In this document: positions 38,069 to 48,072 of the stretch, piece by piece | How the letters are laid out: every line of letters begins with the position of its first letter | Numbering within the stretch: the first letter of the stretch is position 1 | Source of the DNA: an uncultured Pseudomonadota bacterium | GTDB lineage: Bacteria > Pseudomonadota > Alphaproteobacteria > Rs-D84 | NCBI GenBank assembly: GCA_949298405.1 | Contig: CASFWA010000002.1 | Coordinates: 10,048-74,047, forward strand | Length of the DNA: 64,000 bases | Direction of reading: 5' to 3' | Notes under the pieces: generated by a model | What the model was told of the DNA's origin: nothing | Database searches by the model: none | The model's input: the letters and a program-made list of their open reading frames with translations, nothing else | Made by a program: the position numbers and the translations under genes

Positions 38069-38785
38069 TTATTCCAAAACCTGTTTCTGTAATTCTATTA
38101 AACGGGCGCACCCCCTTGATGCCATATCCATCAATTTTACAAGTTGGTCCTGAGTAAACGGATGCTGTTCCCCTGTTGCTTGAACTTCTATAAACCTGCC
38201 TGATTCAGATACAACAAAATTAGAATCTAATTCTGCAACACAATCTTCTTCATAGTCTAAGTCCAAAACTAAATCACCATCCCAAAGACCGGCAGAAATT
38301 GCGGCAACATGCTCTTGTATAGGATTTTCTTTGATACGCCCCTTTTCCAGCAACCAGCGCACCGCCAAAGCCATAGCAACGAAACCACCTGTTATTGACG
38401 CACATCTTGTGCCACCGTCTGCCTGGATAACATCGCAATCTATTGTTATTGTATGGCGCCCCAATTTTTCCATATCAACCACGCTTCGCATAGCGCGTCC
38501 TATCAACCTTGATATTTCTGCACTACGGTGGTCTTTCATTAATGTTTCACGGTTTTTTCTTGTGCCAACCGCACGCGGCAACATCGAATATTCTGCTGTC
38601 ACCCAACCACCCGTCTTATTTTGCAGACGTTTCCACAAAGGCTGGTTCAAATCAACAGATGCAGTACATAAAACCTGAGTTCCACCCATTTTTATAAGGC
38701 AAGACCCTTCTGCCCATTTATTTACACCCGTTTCCATAGATACAGGTCGTACTTGTTCTGCCTTTCTTAAAGATGGTCGCATCAT
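38069..38785 (-). CDS. rph: ribonuclease PH
   Basis: 238 aa with typical RNase PH core motifs. Confidence 0.9.
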   Translation of the reverse strand: MMRPSLRKAEQVRPVSMETGVNKWAEGSCLIKMGGTQVLCTASVDLNQPLWKRLQNKTGGWVTAEYSMLPRAVGTRKNRETLMKDHRSAEISRLIGRAMRSVVDMEKLGRHTITIDCDVIQADGGTRCASITGGFVAMALAVRWLLEKGRIKENPIQEHVAAISAGLWDGDLVLDLDYEEDCVAELDSNFVVSESGRFIEVQATGEQHPFTQDQLVKLMDMASRGCARLIELQKQVLE

Positions 38786-38910
38786 AGCAAAAGCCTTTAT
38801 TTTCTATAAACGAAGTGTCAGTATATAATAAGAATATAAAATTGCAATTTTTTTTAAATTTGCTTTTTTTTGTATATATTGCTATCCTGCCTTGCTGAAA
38901 AAGGATTTTT

Positions 38911-39942
38911 ATGTCGGCACAGACAAAACGCCGGTTTAAAAAACTGGTAAGTTATTCGGGAATATTTTTCTTTTTATTAGCCGCCTTTATGCTGTGGTGG
39001 CAACTACGCGATTACAGTATTTATGATATTATAAGCGCAATTTTTAGTATTCCTATGATAAACTTAATTGCTGCATGTATTGCTTGTTTTGCAGGGTACC
39101 TGGCTTTGTCTTTGTATGACTTTTTGGCTCTGCGATATGTTGGTGGTCACGTTTCTTGGTGGAAATGGATGTTGGCAGGTATGCTTGGGTTCGCAATCAG
39201 CAATAATGCAGGGCATGCTGTTGTCAGTGGGGGTGCAATTCGATATAGACTGTATACTCGGTGGAGAATAAGTGGTGGTGACATCGTAAAAATGCTTACT
39301 TTTTCCGGTTTTACTTTCTTCTTGGGTTGCTCTGCGATATTAATTATAGGCTATTTTCTAGTTCCTTCTGCCTTACTTGATAGGTCAGTCGGGGCAAGCG
39401 TCGGATTAAATACCTTATTCATCTTCTGTTCTGCGGCAGTCTTGGCATACTTTGCAGTCACCCTGTTCTTTTACAAAAAAAGCATAAAAATAGGAAACCT
39501 GAAATTTCAGGTACCTTCTACTAAAACCGCTTTCCTGCAAATGTTATTAGGAGCAGCCGATAGCGTTCTGGCAGGGTTGGTCTTGTATTTCTGCTTATTG
39601 CCTTTTGTACAAATTCCATTCGGTACTTATATCGGTCTCTTCGTAATAGCCCAAACTACCGGTGTATTCAGTCAAGTACCAGGTGGTATAGGCGTTTTTG
39701 AAACTATTTTCTTACTGGCTTTACCAGAACATATAGATAAAGCAGATATTTTCGGTGCTTTATTGGCTTATAGAATTATCTATTACCTGCTGCCGTTAAT
39801 TGGTGCGGGCGGGCTGTTCTTTATATATGAAAATTGGCTGCGTGCGCGTATGAAAAGATGGCTAGAAGAAGCAAAAGCCAAAATTCCACAAATTCCTGCA
39901 AAAATCAAAAACATAAAAAATCTTAAAAATAAGAAAAAATAA
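38911..39942 (+). CDS. integral membrane protein, UPF0104 / lysylphosphatidylglycerol-synthase-TM-like (flippase-like) family
   Basis: 343 aa, about 8 TM segments, with a Lys-rich C-terminal tail. Family assignment is by overall similarity only. Confidence 0.45.
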   Translation: MSAQTKRRFKKLVSYSGIFFFLLAAFMLWWQLRDYSIYDIISAIFSIPMINLIAACIACFAGYLALSLYDFLALRYVGGHVSWWKWMLAGMLGFAISNNAGHAVVSGGAIRYRLYTRWRISGGDIVKMLTFSGFTFFLGCSAILIIGYFLVPSALLDRSVGASVGLNTLFIFCSAAVLAYFAVTLFFYKKSIKIGNLKFQVPSTKTAFLQMLLGAADSVLAGLVLYFCLLPFVQIPFGTYIGLFVIAQTTGVFSQVPGGIGVFETIFLLALPEHIDKADIFGALLAYRIIYYLLPLIGAGGLFFIYENWLRARMKRWLEEAKAKIPQIPAKIKNIKNLKNKKK

Positions 39943-40148
39943 ATACCTTGCCATACTGTATATTCGCATGATATGCTATGAGTTATCGTATGACATGGGG
40001 TTAATATAAGTGTTTGTATTATCACTATTTTCTGTAATTCGATTTGCGCTTTTTGTTATCGTTGCGCATTCCCTTGGCATGGGCTTGGACGCCCCACGGG
40101 GACGGGTTATTTCCATCGCATACGCATACAGAACAAAAGGATTATTAA

Positions 40149-41945
40149 ATGTCAAAGAAGATTTATGTGGACGCAGTCCACCCGGAAGAAACAAGGGTGG
40201 TGGTGGTGGATACTGCTACCAACCGCGTTTCTGATTTTGACGTTGAAACAACGACAAAACCCCAGATAAAAGGGAACATTTATCTGGCAAAGGTCATTCG
40301 CGTCGAACCTTCCTTGCAGGCGGCTTTCGTTGATTACGGGTCTGGTAAAAATGGCTTCTTACCTTTTTCAGAAATTCACCCCGATTATTATCAGGTGACC
40401 CCTGAACAAAAAAAGAAATTGTTGGAACTGGCTCATGCTAATATCGTTGATGACGATGAAGACCCAGATGATGAAAATGATGAAGTAGCAGAATACGACG
40501 ACCAAAGCGCAGGTGATGATAATAAAGAATTCACAAAACGCGCACATGAATTCAAAATTCAGGACGTTATAAAACCAAAACAAATTTTGCTGGTTCAAGG
40601 GGTTAAGGAAGAACGTGGTCAAAAAGGCGCATCAATGACAACTTATTTGTCATTGGCGGGGCGTTTTGCCGTTTTAATGCCAAATTCCAGAAAACGCAAT
40701 AGTTATGGTATTTCTAAAAAGATTTCTGATAAATCAGAACGCGCACGCTTGCGTGAAATACTACACGAACTTAAAATACCAAAAGGTATGACCGTCGTTT
40801 TGCGTACTGCTGCTTTTGAAGCAAATGCGGCAGAAATTGCAAAAGACTATGATTACTTGGTTAACTTATGGAATGAAATCCGTAAAACTACCTTGGAATC
40901 TGTTGCACCTATTACTATACATACAGAAGATTCCTTATTGCGTCGCGTAGTTCGTGACTTCCTGTCCGACAAAGAAGATGTCTTGGTTGTTCAAGGTGAA
41001 GAAGCATTTGATGCGGCAAAACAATATTTTCAGCAGATGTATGGGCGCACACCACGCAAACAGTTGGTTCAATATAAAGATGCTGCGGTTCCTTTAATGG
41101 TAAAAGCGGGCGTTGAAAAACAATTAGAAGGTTTGCATGGCCCATATGTTCAATTGCCTTCTGGCGGTTCGCTGGTTATAAACCAGACAGAAGCAATGGT
41201 TACAATTGACGTTAACTCGTCCCGTGCTATCAAAGAAAAAGATATTGAACAAACCGCGTTAAACACTAATTTAGAAGCAGCAGAAGAAATTGCATTACAA
41301 CTTCGTCTTCGTGACTTGGCGGGTATTGTCGCAATCGACTTTATCGATATGGAAGAAGAAAAGAACAACCGCAAGTTAGAAATGAAAATGCGCGAAGTTA
41401 TGAAACGTGACCGCGCACGCACTCAAGTTGCAAAAATAAACAACTTTGGTGTTTTGATGCTATCACGTCAGCGCTTGCGCAGTAGTTTTATGGAATCTTC
41501 ATACGTTCAATGCCCACACTGCATGGGTGCAGGCGTAGTTCCAAGCATACAGACAGCGGCAATAATCTTATTCCGTCACTTGCAAGAAAAACTGCTTGCA
41601 AAAAGTGCACAGAAAATCATTATGACAGTACCAACTGATGTAGCGATTTATCTTTTAAATCATAAACGCGCAGAACTGGCAGCAATGGAAGCCGAATTTG
41701 AAACTGAAATTGTTATAGTCGGTGATGACAGTTTAATGAATATTGACCAATATTCAATTCAACGCGTTGCACCAGAACAAAACAAGACGGAAGAATTATT
41801 GGGCGCATACGAGCCATCTACAGATGTGAAAAAGAAAAACGCACAGCATGTAGAAGCACGCAAAACGACAATGAACGCGCCGCGCCGTCGTCGCAAGAAT
41901 GATTCAAAAAAGAAATCCAGCCTGTGGCACAAATTGGTTGGTTAA
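40149..41945 (+). CDS. rne: ribonuclease E/G family endoribonuclease
   Basis: 598 aa. N-terminal S1 domain and catalytic core with an acidic insert (DDDEDPDDENDE). A long 5' UTR of about 200 nt precedes it. Confidence 0.85.
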   Translation: MSKKIYVDAVHPEETRVVVVDTATNRVSDFDVETTTKPQIKGNIYLAKVIRVEPSLQAAFVDYGSGKNGFLPFSEIHPDYYQVTPEQKKKLLELAHANIVDDDEDPDDENDEVAEYDDQSAGDDNKEFTKRAHEFKIQDVIKPKQILLVQGVKEERGQKGASMTTYLSLAGRFAVLMPNSRKRNSYGISKKISDKSERARLREILHELKIPKGMTVVLRTAAFEANAAEIAKDYDYLVNLWNEIRKTTLESVAPITIHTEDSLLRRVVRDFLSDKEDVLVVQGEEAFDAAKQYFQQMYGRTPRKQLVQYKDAAVPLMVKAGVEKQLEGLHGPYVQLPSGGSLVINQTEAMVTIDVNSSRAIKEKDIEQTALNTNLEAAEEIALQLRLRDLAGIVAIDFIDMEEEKNNRKLEMKMREVMKRDRARTQVAKINNFGVLMLSRQRLRSSFMESSYVQCPHCMGAGVVPSIQTAAIILFRHLQEKLLAKSAQKIIMTVPTDVAIYLLNHKRAELAAMEAEFETEIVIVGDDSLMNIDQYSIQRVAPEQNKTEELLGAYEPSTDVKKKNAQHVEARKTTMNAPRRRRKNDSKKKSSLWHKLVG

Positions 41946-41975
41946 AAAAATCCCGCAACTGCGGGATTTTTATTA
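41946..41975. terminator. rho-independent terminator after rne
   Basis: AAAAAAATCCCGC-AACT-GCGGGATTTTTATT. Confidence 0.75.
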
Positions 41976-41977
41976 TT

Positions 41978-41994
41978 CTGGGGCGGATGACCGG
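41978..41994. repeat. 17-bp direct repeat of the tRNA-His 3' end (CTGGGGCGGATGACCGG); second copy at 42186-42202
   Basis: Identical 17-mer. It brackets a GC-rich segment of about 190 bp (41995-42185). Confidence 0.8.
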
Positions 41995-42149
41995 GACACC
42001 TGCGCCAGGCAATTTTATTGTCTGGCTTCGTATTGTTCGCTTATCGCACCTAACGGTGCTGCTCACCACTCGTTCACGTTCGACTTCCCTTCGGTCGTCT
42101 TACTGACTCGTATGCGAACCTCGGTTCGAACCCGACCCGTCCAAAGTTA

Positions 42150-42183
42150 TAAAAAATACTGGCATAACGCCAGTATTTTTTAT
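42150..42183 (-). terminator. rho-independent terminator of the tRNA-Ala/tRNA-His transcript
   Basis: AAAAAATACTGGC-ATAAC-GCCAGTATTTTTT. Confidence 0.65.
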
Positions 42184-42186
42184 AAC

Positions 42187-42264
42187 TGGGGCGGATGACC
42201 GGATTCGAACCGGCGACATTTGGTACCACAAACCAACGCTCTAACCAACTGAGCTACATCCGCC
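42187..42264 (-). tRNA. tRNA-His (anticodon GTG) with encoded G-1 and CCA
   Basis: Reverse complement G-GCGGATG-TA-GCTC-AGTTGGTTA-GAGC-G-TTGGT-TTGTGGT-ACCAA-ATGTC-GCCGG-TTCGAAT-CCGGT-CATCCGC-C-CCA. The extra 5' G pairs with discriminator C. Confidence 0.85.
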
Positions 42265-42279
42265 ATACTCAATTCTTCT

Positions 42280-42355
42280 TGGTGGAGCTGATCAGACTCG
42301 AACTGACGACCCCTTGCATGCCATGCAAGTGCTCTACCAACTGAGCTACAACCCC
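42280..42355 (-). tRNA. tRNA-Ala (anticodon GGC), 76 nt with encoded CCA
   Basis: Reverse complement GGGGTTG-TA-GCTC-AGTTGGTA-GAGC-A-CTTGC-ATGGCAT-GCAAG-GGGTC-GTCAG-TTCGAGT-CTGAT-CAGCTCC-A-CCA. The G3.U70 Ala identity pair is present. Confidence 0.85.
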
Positions 42356-42435
42356 CTTGCGAAGCATTATTCTATATTTCTTCTTGCAAAAAGTCAAATC
42401 AATTTGCTAATCTTTTTACACATAAGGAGATTAAT

Positions 42436-42996
42436 ATGGATTATCAATCTTTAAAAGCAGAAGTTGAACAAAAAACCTTGCAAACACTAGAAGTTTTGAA
42501 AAATGAATACGCTGGTCTGCGTACTGGTCGCGCTTCCGTTCACCTTTTAGATGGCGTTCGTGTACCTGTATATGGTTCCGATATGCCTTTAAACCAAATC
42601 GCAACCGTTGCAACACCAGACAATCAAACTCTTACAGTCACTGTATGGGATATTAATAATGCAGGTGCCGCAGAAAAAGCAATTCGCGATTCTGGGCTGG
42701 GCTTAAACCCTATGACAGCTGGTGGGGTTATTCGTTTAAACATGCCGCCACTTACAGAAGAACGCCGTAAAGAATTAACTAAAGTTGCTGGAAAATATGC
42801 AGAAGAAGCAAAAATTTCTATGCGCAATATCCGTCAAGATGCTATGGGTAAAATTAAACGCGCTGTCACAGATAAAGAAATTTCTGAAGACGATCAACGC
42901 AAATTCGAAGATGACTTACAGAAAGTTTTTGATAATCGCGCCGCAGAAGTTGACGCATTGGCAAAACAAAAAGAAGCTGACATCATGTCTGTTTAA
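42436..42996 (+). CDS. frr: ribosome recycling factor
   Basis: 186 aa with a typical RRF sequence. Confidence 0.9.
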   Translation: MDYQSLKAEVEQKTLQTLEVLKNEYAGLRTGRASVHLLDGVRVPVYGSDMPLNQIATVATPDNQTLTVTVWDINNAGAAEKAIRDSGLGLNPMTAGGVIRLNMPPLTEERRKELTKVAGKYAEEAKISMRNIRQDAMGKIKRAVTDKEISEDDQRKFEDDLQKVFDNRAAEVDALAKQKEADIMSV

Positions 42997-43019
42997 CTTC
43001 AAAACTTCGGATATAAAAA

Positions 43020-43781
43020 ATGCTAAAACTATTTAAAAAGAAAAAAGAATCTCAATCTACCGAACCAGCGAAGTTGCCGCAGCATATCGCCTTTATATGC
43101 GATGGTAATCGACGCTGGGCAGAAGCACGCGGTTTGCCACCGCTTATGGGGCATAAAGCAGGTATTTCAAACTTTGAAAATCTGGTCGATTGGTTCATTG
43201 CTCGCGGTGTTTCAACAATCACCTTCTTTATTTTCTCTACAGAAAATTGGAACCGTTCAAAAGAAGAAATTGATTTCTTGATGGACCTGTTCTATACAGA
43301 ATTAAAGAAAAATCTTAAACACGCGGTTGAAAAAAACTTGCGATATCGTGTAATTGGCTCGCGCGATAGATTGCCTAAAAAACTAGCAAAACTATGTGAC
43401 GAACTAGAAGAAAAGTCTGCTGAAAACACAGGTGGTACCGTTGTATTTGCTTTGAATTACGGCGGTCAAGATGAAATCATAAATGCAGTAAATGATGCCA
43501 TTGCTGCTGGTAAACCCGTTGATAAAGAAACTTTTGAAACATTCTTGGATACGGGCGAACTTTTACCAATCGATTTAATGGTAAGAACAAGCAATGAATA
43601 CAGAATATCTAACTTCTTATTATGGAAATTAGCATATGCAGAATTATTATTCTTACCAGAACATTGGCCAGATTTAGTAAAAAGTGAAAAACTGTGGCAA
43701 TTTACTTTGGATGAATTCGCAAAACGCAATAGACGTTTTGGTGGCGGTAAAAAAGCCAACTATGCAGGTATAAAAAAATAA
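43020..43781 (+). CDS. uppS: isoprenyl transferase (undecaprenyl-diphosphate synthase)
   Basis: HIAFICDGNRRWA and a conserved cis-prenyltransferase core. Confidence 0.9.
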   Translation: MLKLFKKKKESQSTEPAKLPQHIAFICDGNRRWAEARGLPPLMGHKAGISNFENLVDWFIARGVSTITFFIFSTENWNRSKEEIDFLMDLFYTELKKNLKHAVEKNLRYRVIGSRDRLPKKLAKLCDELEEKSAENTGGTVVFALNYGGQDEIINAVNDAIAAGKPVDKETFETFLDTGELLPIDLMVRTSNEYRISNFLLWKLAYAELLFLPEHWPDLVKSEKLWQFTLDEFAKRNRRFGGGKKANYAGIKK

Positions 43782-43793
43782 GGGACGTAAACT

Positions 43794-44438
43794 ATGTCGA
43801 ACACAACGCAAAGAGTAATTGTTGGTGCTGTAATGGCTCTTATCGCTATCGCGGCAGCAGTCGGTGAATATTTCGGATTCCCAGCCGTTAAATACTTAGG
43901 TATTTTTGTCGTTCTGGCTATGATTTTGGAAATGATTATTTGCACTACTCATACACCAAAAGAAACATTAAAAAATAACTGGTTATCTTTTGCTTTATTC
44001 TTTGCGTGGTTGTTTGTCATGCTGGCCGCCGTCAACTATGTCGGAACCCGCCCTTGGATTATGCTATTATTACTTTTAATCATAAGTTGTGCAGATATCG
44101 GTGCATGGTTCTTTGGTCGCCTGTTTGGTGGTGACAAAATGTGGGAAAGATTATCGTCTGGTAAAACTTGGTCCGGTCAAATTGCAGGGATTCTGTGCGG
44201 TACTGCGGCATCAATAATGTATGGATTGCTGGGGACAGATACTTTCATGCCACAATTAATGTGGATTGGTATTAGTGTCGCACTGCTAAGCCAATATGGT
44301 GACTTGACTGCAAGTTGGATAAAACGCAAAATGGGCATAAAAGATTTTGGCCGTATTCTACCTGGACACGGTGGCATGCTGGATAGATTTGACGGGTGGA
44401 TTTATGTTCTTCCCCTGATATGGCTTGTTATGTTGTAA
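43794..44438 (+). CDS. cdsA: phosphatidate cytidylyltransferase
   Basis: 214 aa. Multiple TM segments and the CdsA signature LPGHGGMLDRFDG. Confidence 0.8.
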   Translation: MSNTTQRVIVGAVMALIAIAAAVGEYFGFPAVKYLGIFVVLAMILEMIICTTHTPKETLKNNWLSFALFFAWLFVMLAAVNYVGTRPWIMLLLLLIISCADIGAWFFGRLFGGDKMWERLSSGKTWSGQIAGILCGTAASIMYGLLGTDTFMPQLMWIGISVALLSQYGDLTASWIKRKMGIKDFGRILPGHGGMLDRFDGWIYVLPLIWLVML

Positions 44439-44468
44439 TTGTTTTTGGGTTAAAAAGGAAAGGGAATT

Positions 44469-45527
44469 ATGCAAATTATTTTAACCATTGTCGCATTATT
44501 AATTGTTCTGGGCGTAGTGGTTTTTGTACACGAACTGGGACATTTCTTGGCCGCTCGTTGGGCCGGTGTACACGTAAATACTTTTTCTATCGGTTTCGGC
44601 CCCGCAATCGTAAAATGGCACGATAAAAAGGGTACTGTGTGGAAAATTGCGTGCTTGCCTCTGGGCGGATACGTTTCTATTTATGGTCAAGAGGACATGT
44701 TTGACCGTAAAAAATATAAAGAAATGCCAGAAGATAAAAAGAAAGGTCACTACCTTTCAGCACCAGCATGGAAACAGTTTATTATAATAGCCGCGGGTGT
44801 ATTCATGAACTTCGTCCTTGCTTGGGGTATTTATTCCGCAATGTTTATGTTCCAACCGAAAACAGTTCAACTACCCGTTGTCGGACAAGTCATTCAAGAA
44901 AGCATCGCTTTTAATGCTGGCGTTAAACCAGGTGATATAATTGTTCGTATCGATAAAGAAAAAATTACTAATTGGGGCGAACTTATTATAGCAAAAGAAC
45001 TGGCCGCTAATCGTGATGCAAATGTTCTTATTGCACGTGGAAACGATTTGATAACCGTTCAACTGTCCCCAGCAGAAAGATGGGGATTAATAGCCGACGG
45101 CAGTAAAACAGAATTACGCAAAAAGGGTTTCTTTGGCGCGCTGTATTCTGGTGCACGTGAGACTTACTATCAATCAAAAACTTTGTTAGTTGTGTTAAAG
45201 CAAATTGTCACCGGTGAAAGGTCTTCTAAGCAACTGGGGTCTTTTATTACCATCGCAGAAGTATCCGGGAAAGCCATGGCAATGGGATTCTTTGCACTAC
45301 TGTCAATTATTGCATTGCTGTCTGTTAACTTAGGTGTTATAAACTTATTACCCCTGCCGGTTCTGGACGGTGGTTATTTGCTGATATTAATTATAGAAGG
45401 CATTACCAGAAAAAAACTTGGTGGGAAAAGCATGGAAATCGCAATCATCGCTGGCTGGTTGTTTATATTCGCGCTGTTTGCACTGACTATGTGGAATGAC
45501 TTGGCACGTGTATTTGGGTTGAATTAA
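44469..45527 (+). CDS. rseP: RIP zinc metalloprotease RseP
   Basis: HELGHFLAAR zinc motif, PDZ region and C-terminal TM segments. Confidence 0.85.
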   Translation: MQIILTIVALLIVLGVVVFVHELGHFLAARWAGVHVNTFSIGFGPAIVKWHDKKGTVWKIACLPLGGYVSIYGQEDMFDRKKYKEMPEDKKKGHYLSAPAWKQFIIIAAGVFMNFVLAWGIYSAMFMFQPKTVQLPVVGQVIQESIAFNAGVKPGDIIVRIDKEKITNWGELIIAKELAANRDANVLIARGNDLITVQLSPAERWGLIADGSKTELRKKGFFGALYSGARETYYQSKTLLVVLKQIVTGERSSKQLGSFITIAEVSGKAMAMGFFALLSIIALLSVNLGVINLLPLPVLDGGYLLILIIEGITRKKLGGKSMEIAIIAGWLFIFALFALTMWNDLARVFGLN

Positions 45528-45528
45528 A

Positions 45529-47802
45529 ATGAAAAAAAATACTACTTTTGTTTTAGCAGCATGTTCAATTTTTGTCGCCCCATTGGCAAACGCTGCAAAT
45601 GTTTCAAGAATTGATGTCAGCGGTAACCAACGCATGGATGCAGAGTCTATCCGCATACTGTCTGATGTGAAAATTGGGGAAAATATAGGCACAGAACGCG
45701 CAAACCAAATCGCAAAAAAACTGCAAGAAAGTGGCTATTTTTCTAAGGTCAGTGTTCGCATGTCTGGTGATGTCTTGAAAATTGATATTAAAGAAGCACC
45801 AATCGTAAATATGGTGACAGTCGAAGGTAATGACGACATATCTACCGATGACCTAAAAAAAGAACTGCGCCTTAAAGAACGTTCTTCTTATGACGAATCT
45901 GTCATAGGCGCAGATGTACAAAGAATGTTAACCCTTTATCAACGAAAAGGCTTCTTTGGCACAAAAATAGAACCTAAAAAGATAGAACTAGAAGATAATC
46001 GTGTTAATGTCGTCTATGAAATTAAAGAAGGTCACCCTACTTATATAACAAGCATCGATTTTGAGGGAAATAAAAAATTTAGTGACCGAACTCTTCGTGG
46101 CGAAATTTTATCCCGTGAGCATGCTTGGTGGCGATTTATGACACAATTCGATGTATTTGATGAAGATAGAATCAAATATGATGAACAAATGTTGCGCCAA
46201 TTTTATATGCGTAATGGTTATGTTGATATTCAAATCACAGATGCTAATGGTAAATTTACACCAGATAGACAATATTATTCTGTCGTGTTCACAATCGATG
46301 AAGGTGAAAAATATAAGTTCGGCAAACTTACAATAGACAATCCTTTTGATGATGTACCAGATGAAGAACTATATGATGTTATCGTTATGTCCAAAGGTGA
46401 TGTCTATAATATTGACGAAGTAGATGAAACTATATCTGCCCTGCGTGGTGCTGTTGCAGATCATGGGTATGCTTTTATCAATGTTGAACCTGTACCTGTT
46501 AAAAACGACGATACAAAAACAATCGATTTAGAATTTAAAATTCAAAAGACTAATCGCGTTTATCTGAATAGCATAAATATTTTAGGTAATGTTCGTACTT
46601 TCGATAGCGTCATAGAACAATTAATTCCTATGCGTCCAGGTGACCCATTCTCGCTACAAACTATTGAAGAAGGTCGTCAAAATTTAATGCGCACACGCTT
46701 CTTTAAAGACGTACAAATGGTTCCAAGTCGTGTTGCAGATGCAAATATGATGAACCTGGATATTAAAGTAGAAGAACAGCCAACAGGTGAATTATCCGGT
46801 GGTTTTGGCTGGTCTAATATCAATGGTTTTATGGTTGATGCCGGTATTACCGAAAGCAACTTTATGGGGCGTGGACAAGTGGTACAACTGCGCGGTTCCA
46901 TCGCACAATATCAAAAACAAGCATTGTTTAGTTTTACTGAACCTTACCTTTTCGGTCGTCAATTATCTGGTGGTTTCGATGTTTCTTATACCATGTATGA
47001 TTATTCTTCACTTGGTGGGTTCGGTTATGACCGCGACTCGCTGACTGTCGCAACTCGTATGGGGTGGAGGCTCACTGACCACTGGACCCAGAATGTCAGA
47101 TTGTCCGCTTCTTTCGACCAGAACTATGACCTGCAATCCGCAAATGGTTGGCGGGATGCTAATTTATATACTTTAAGCACCAACCTTAGATACTATAATC
47201 TTGATACGAATTTTGAACAAAATACTCATACCGGAGTTGTTGCAAATCTGGGCGTTGCTTATACAGGTTTTGGCGGAACAGAAACTTATATGCGATACAG
47301 CGCAGATATTACCGGTATGATAAAATTCTTTGACGATAGATGGCAATTGCGTTCTTCACTTGATTTCGGTTTATTACAATCAATCGGTGGGGACTATATT
47401 TCTCGTGTTTACCGTTATTTCTTGGGTGGTGAATCATTGCGCGGTTTTGATATCGCAGGTGTCGGTTCCAGAAACTGGGCTTATACAACTTATTCATTGG
47501 GCGGTCTGTGGAAGATTAACGGTTCAACACAATTGAACTTCCCTATCTTTATTCCAGATGAATATCAAATAAAAGGTTTCGTATTCTTTGATTATGGCAT
47601 CCTAGGTAAACCACCAAAAGAAGAATATTATTATGCAGGTCGCCCCAATTATATAGATGATAACATCAGAACTTCTGCGGGTGTCGGTGTCTATTGGAAT
47701 ACACCAATGGGGCCAATGAATTTTAGTTGGGGTTGGCCACTTAAAATGGATAAATACGATAGAGAACAAAGATTCTTGTTATCTTTTGAAACCCAGTTCT
47801 AA
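45529..47802 (+). CDS. bamA: outer membrane protein assembly factor BamA
   Basis: 757 aa. Signal peptide, POTRA repeats and a C-terminal beta-barrel ending ...SFETQF. Confidence 0.9.
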   Translation: MKKNTTFVLAACSIFVAPLANAANVSRIDVSGNQRMDAESIRILSDVKIGENIGTERANQIAKKLQESGYFSKVSVRMSGDVLKIDIKEAPIVNMVTVEGNDDISTDDLKKELRLKERSSYDESVIGADVQRMLTLYQRKGFFGTKIEPKKIELEDNRVNVVYEIKEGHPTYITSIDFEGNKKFSDRTLRGEILSREHAWWRFMTQFDVFDEDRIKYDEQMLRQFYMRNGYVDIQITDANGKFTPDRQYYSVVFTIDEGEKYKFGKLTIDNPFDDVPDEELYDVIVMSKGDVYNIDEVDETISALRGAVADHGYAFINVEPVPVKNDDTKTIDLEFKIQKTNRVYLNSINILGNVRTFDSVIEQLIPMRPGDPFSLQTIEEGRQNLMRTRFFKDVQMVPSRVADANMMNLDIKVEEQPTGELSGGFGWSNINGFMVDAGITESNFMGRGQVVQLRGSIAQYQKQALFSFTEPYLFGRQLSGGFDVSYTMYDYSSLGGFGYDRDSLTVATRMGWRLTDHWTQNVRLSASFDQNYDLQSANGWRDANLYTLSTNLRYYNLDTNFEQNTHTGVVANLGVAYTGFGGTETYMRYSADITGMIKFFDDRWQLRSSLDFGLLQSIGGDYISRVYRYFLGGESLRGFDIAGVGSRNWAYTTYSLGGLWKINGSTQLNFPIFIPDEYQIKGFVFFDYGILGKPPKEEYYYAGRPNYIDDNIRTSAGVGVYWNTPMGPMNFSWGWPLKMDKYDREQRFLLSFETQF

Positions 47803-47836
47803 AAATATTGCGGACAACCGCAATATTTTTCTTTTA
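47802..47836 (+). terminator. rho-independent terminator after bamA
   Basis: AATATTGCGG-ACAA-CCGCAATATT followed by TTTCTTTT. Confidence 0.7.
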
Positions 47837-47895
47837 GGCTTGACGCATTAAGTGTATTTTTCTTATAATTCAATTAATCTAAGGGGGAAAAAGAT

Positions 47896-48042
47896 ATGAA
47901 AAAGGTTATTCTCGGGATTTTCGTTGCGTTGGCTTTGGCAGGTTGTGGTCAGGTATATGACCGTGAACCAGTCGGTGTCGGATACGATAATAACGAACTG
48001 AAACTTAGCCCTTGCGCGTGCATAATGGTATATCAGGCTTAA
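47896..48042 (+). CDS. small lipoprotein (48 aa)
   Basis: Not in the ORF track (below 60 aa). AAGGGGGAAA RBS, MKKVILGIFVALALAGC lipobox. Similar in its signal/lipobox region to the 56129-56278 ORF. Confidence 0.4.
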   Translation: MKKVILGIFVALALAGCGQVYDREPVGVGYDNNELKLSPCACIMVYQA

Positions 48043-48072
48043 TACTTTATTTTACCATAGGGAGGGAAATCT

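Noticed and set aside
41995-42185. A tmRNA (ssrA) or two-piece tmRNA between rne and tRNA-His
   Set aside because: The 3' end copies the tRNA-His acceptor rather than an Ala-type acceptor with G3.U70. There is no tag reading frame of the AN..AA type, and the length (~190 nt) is too short.
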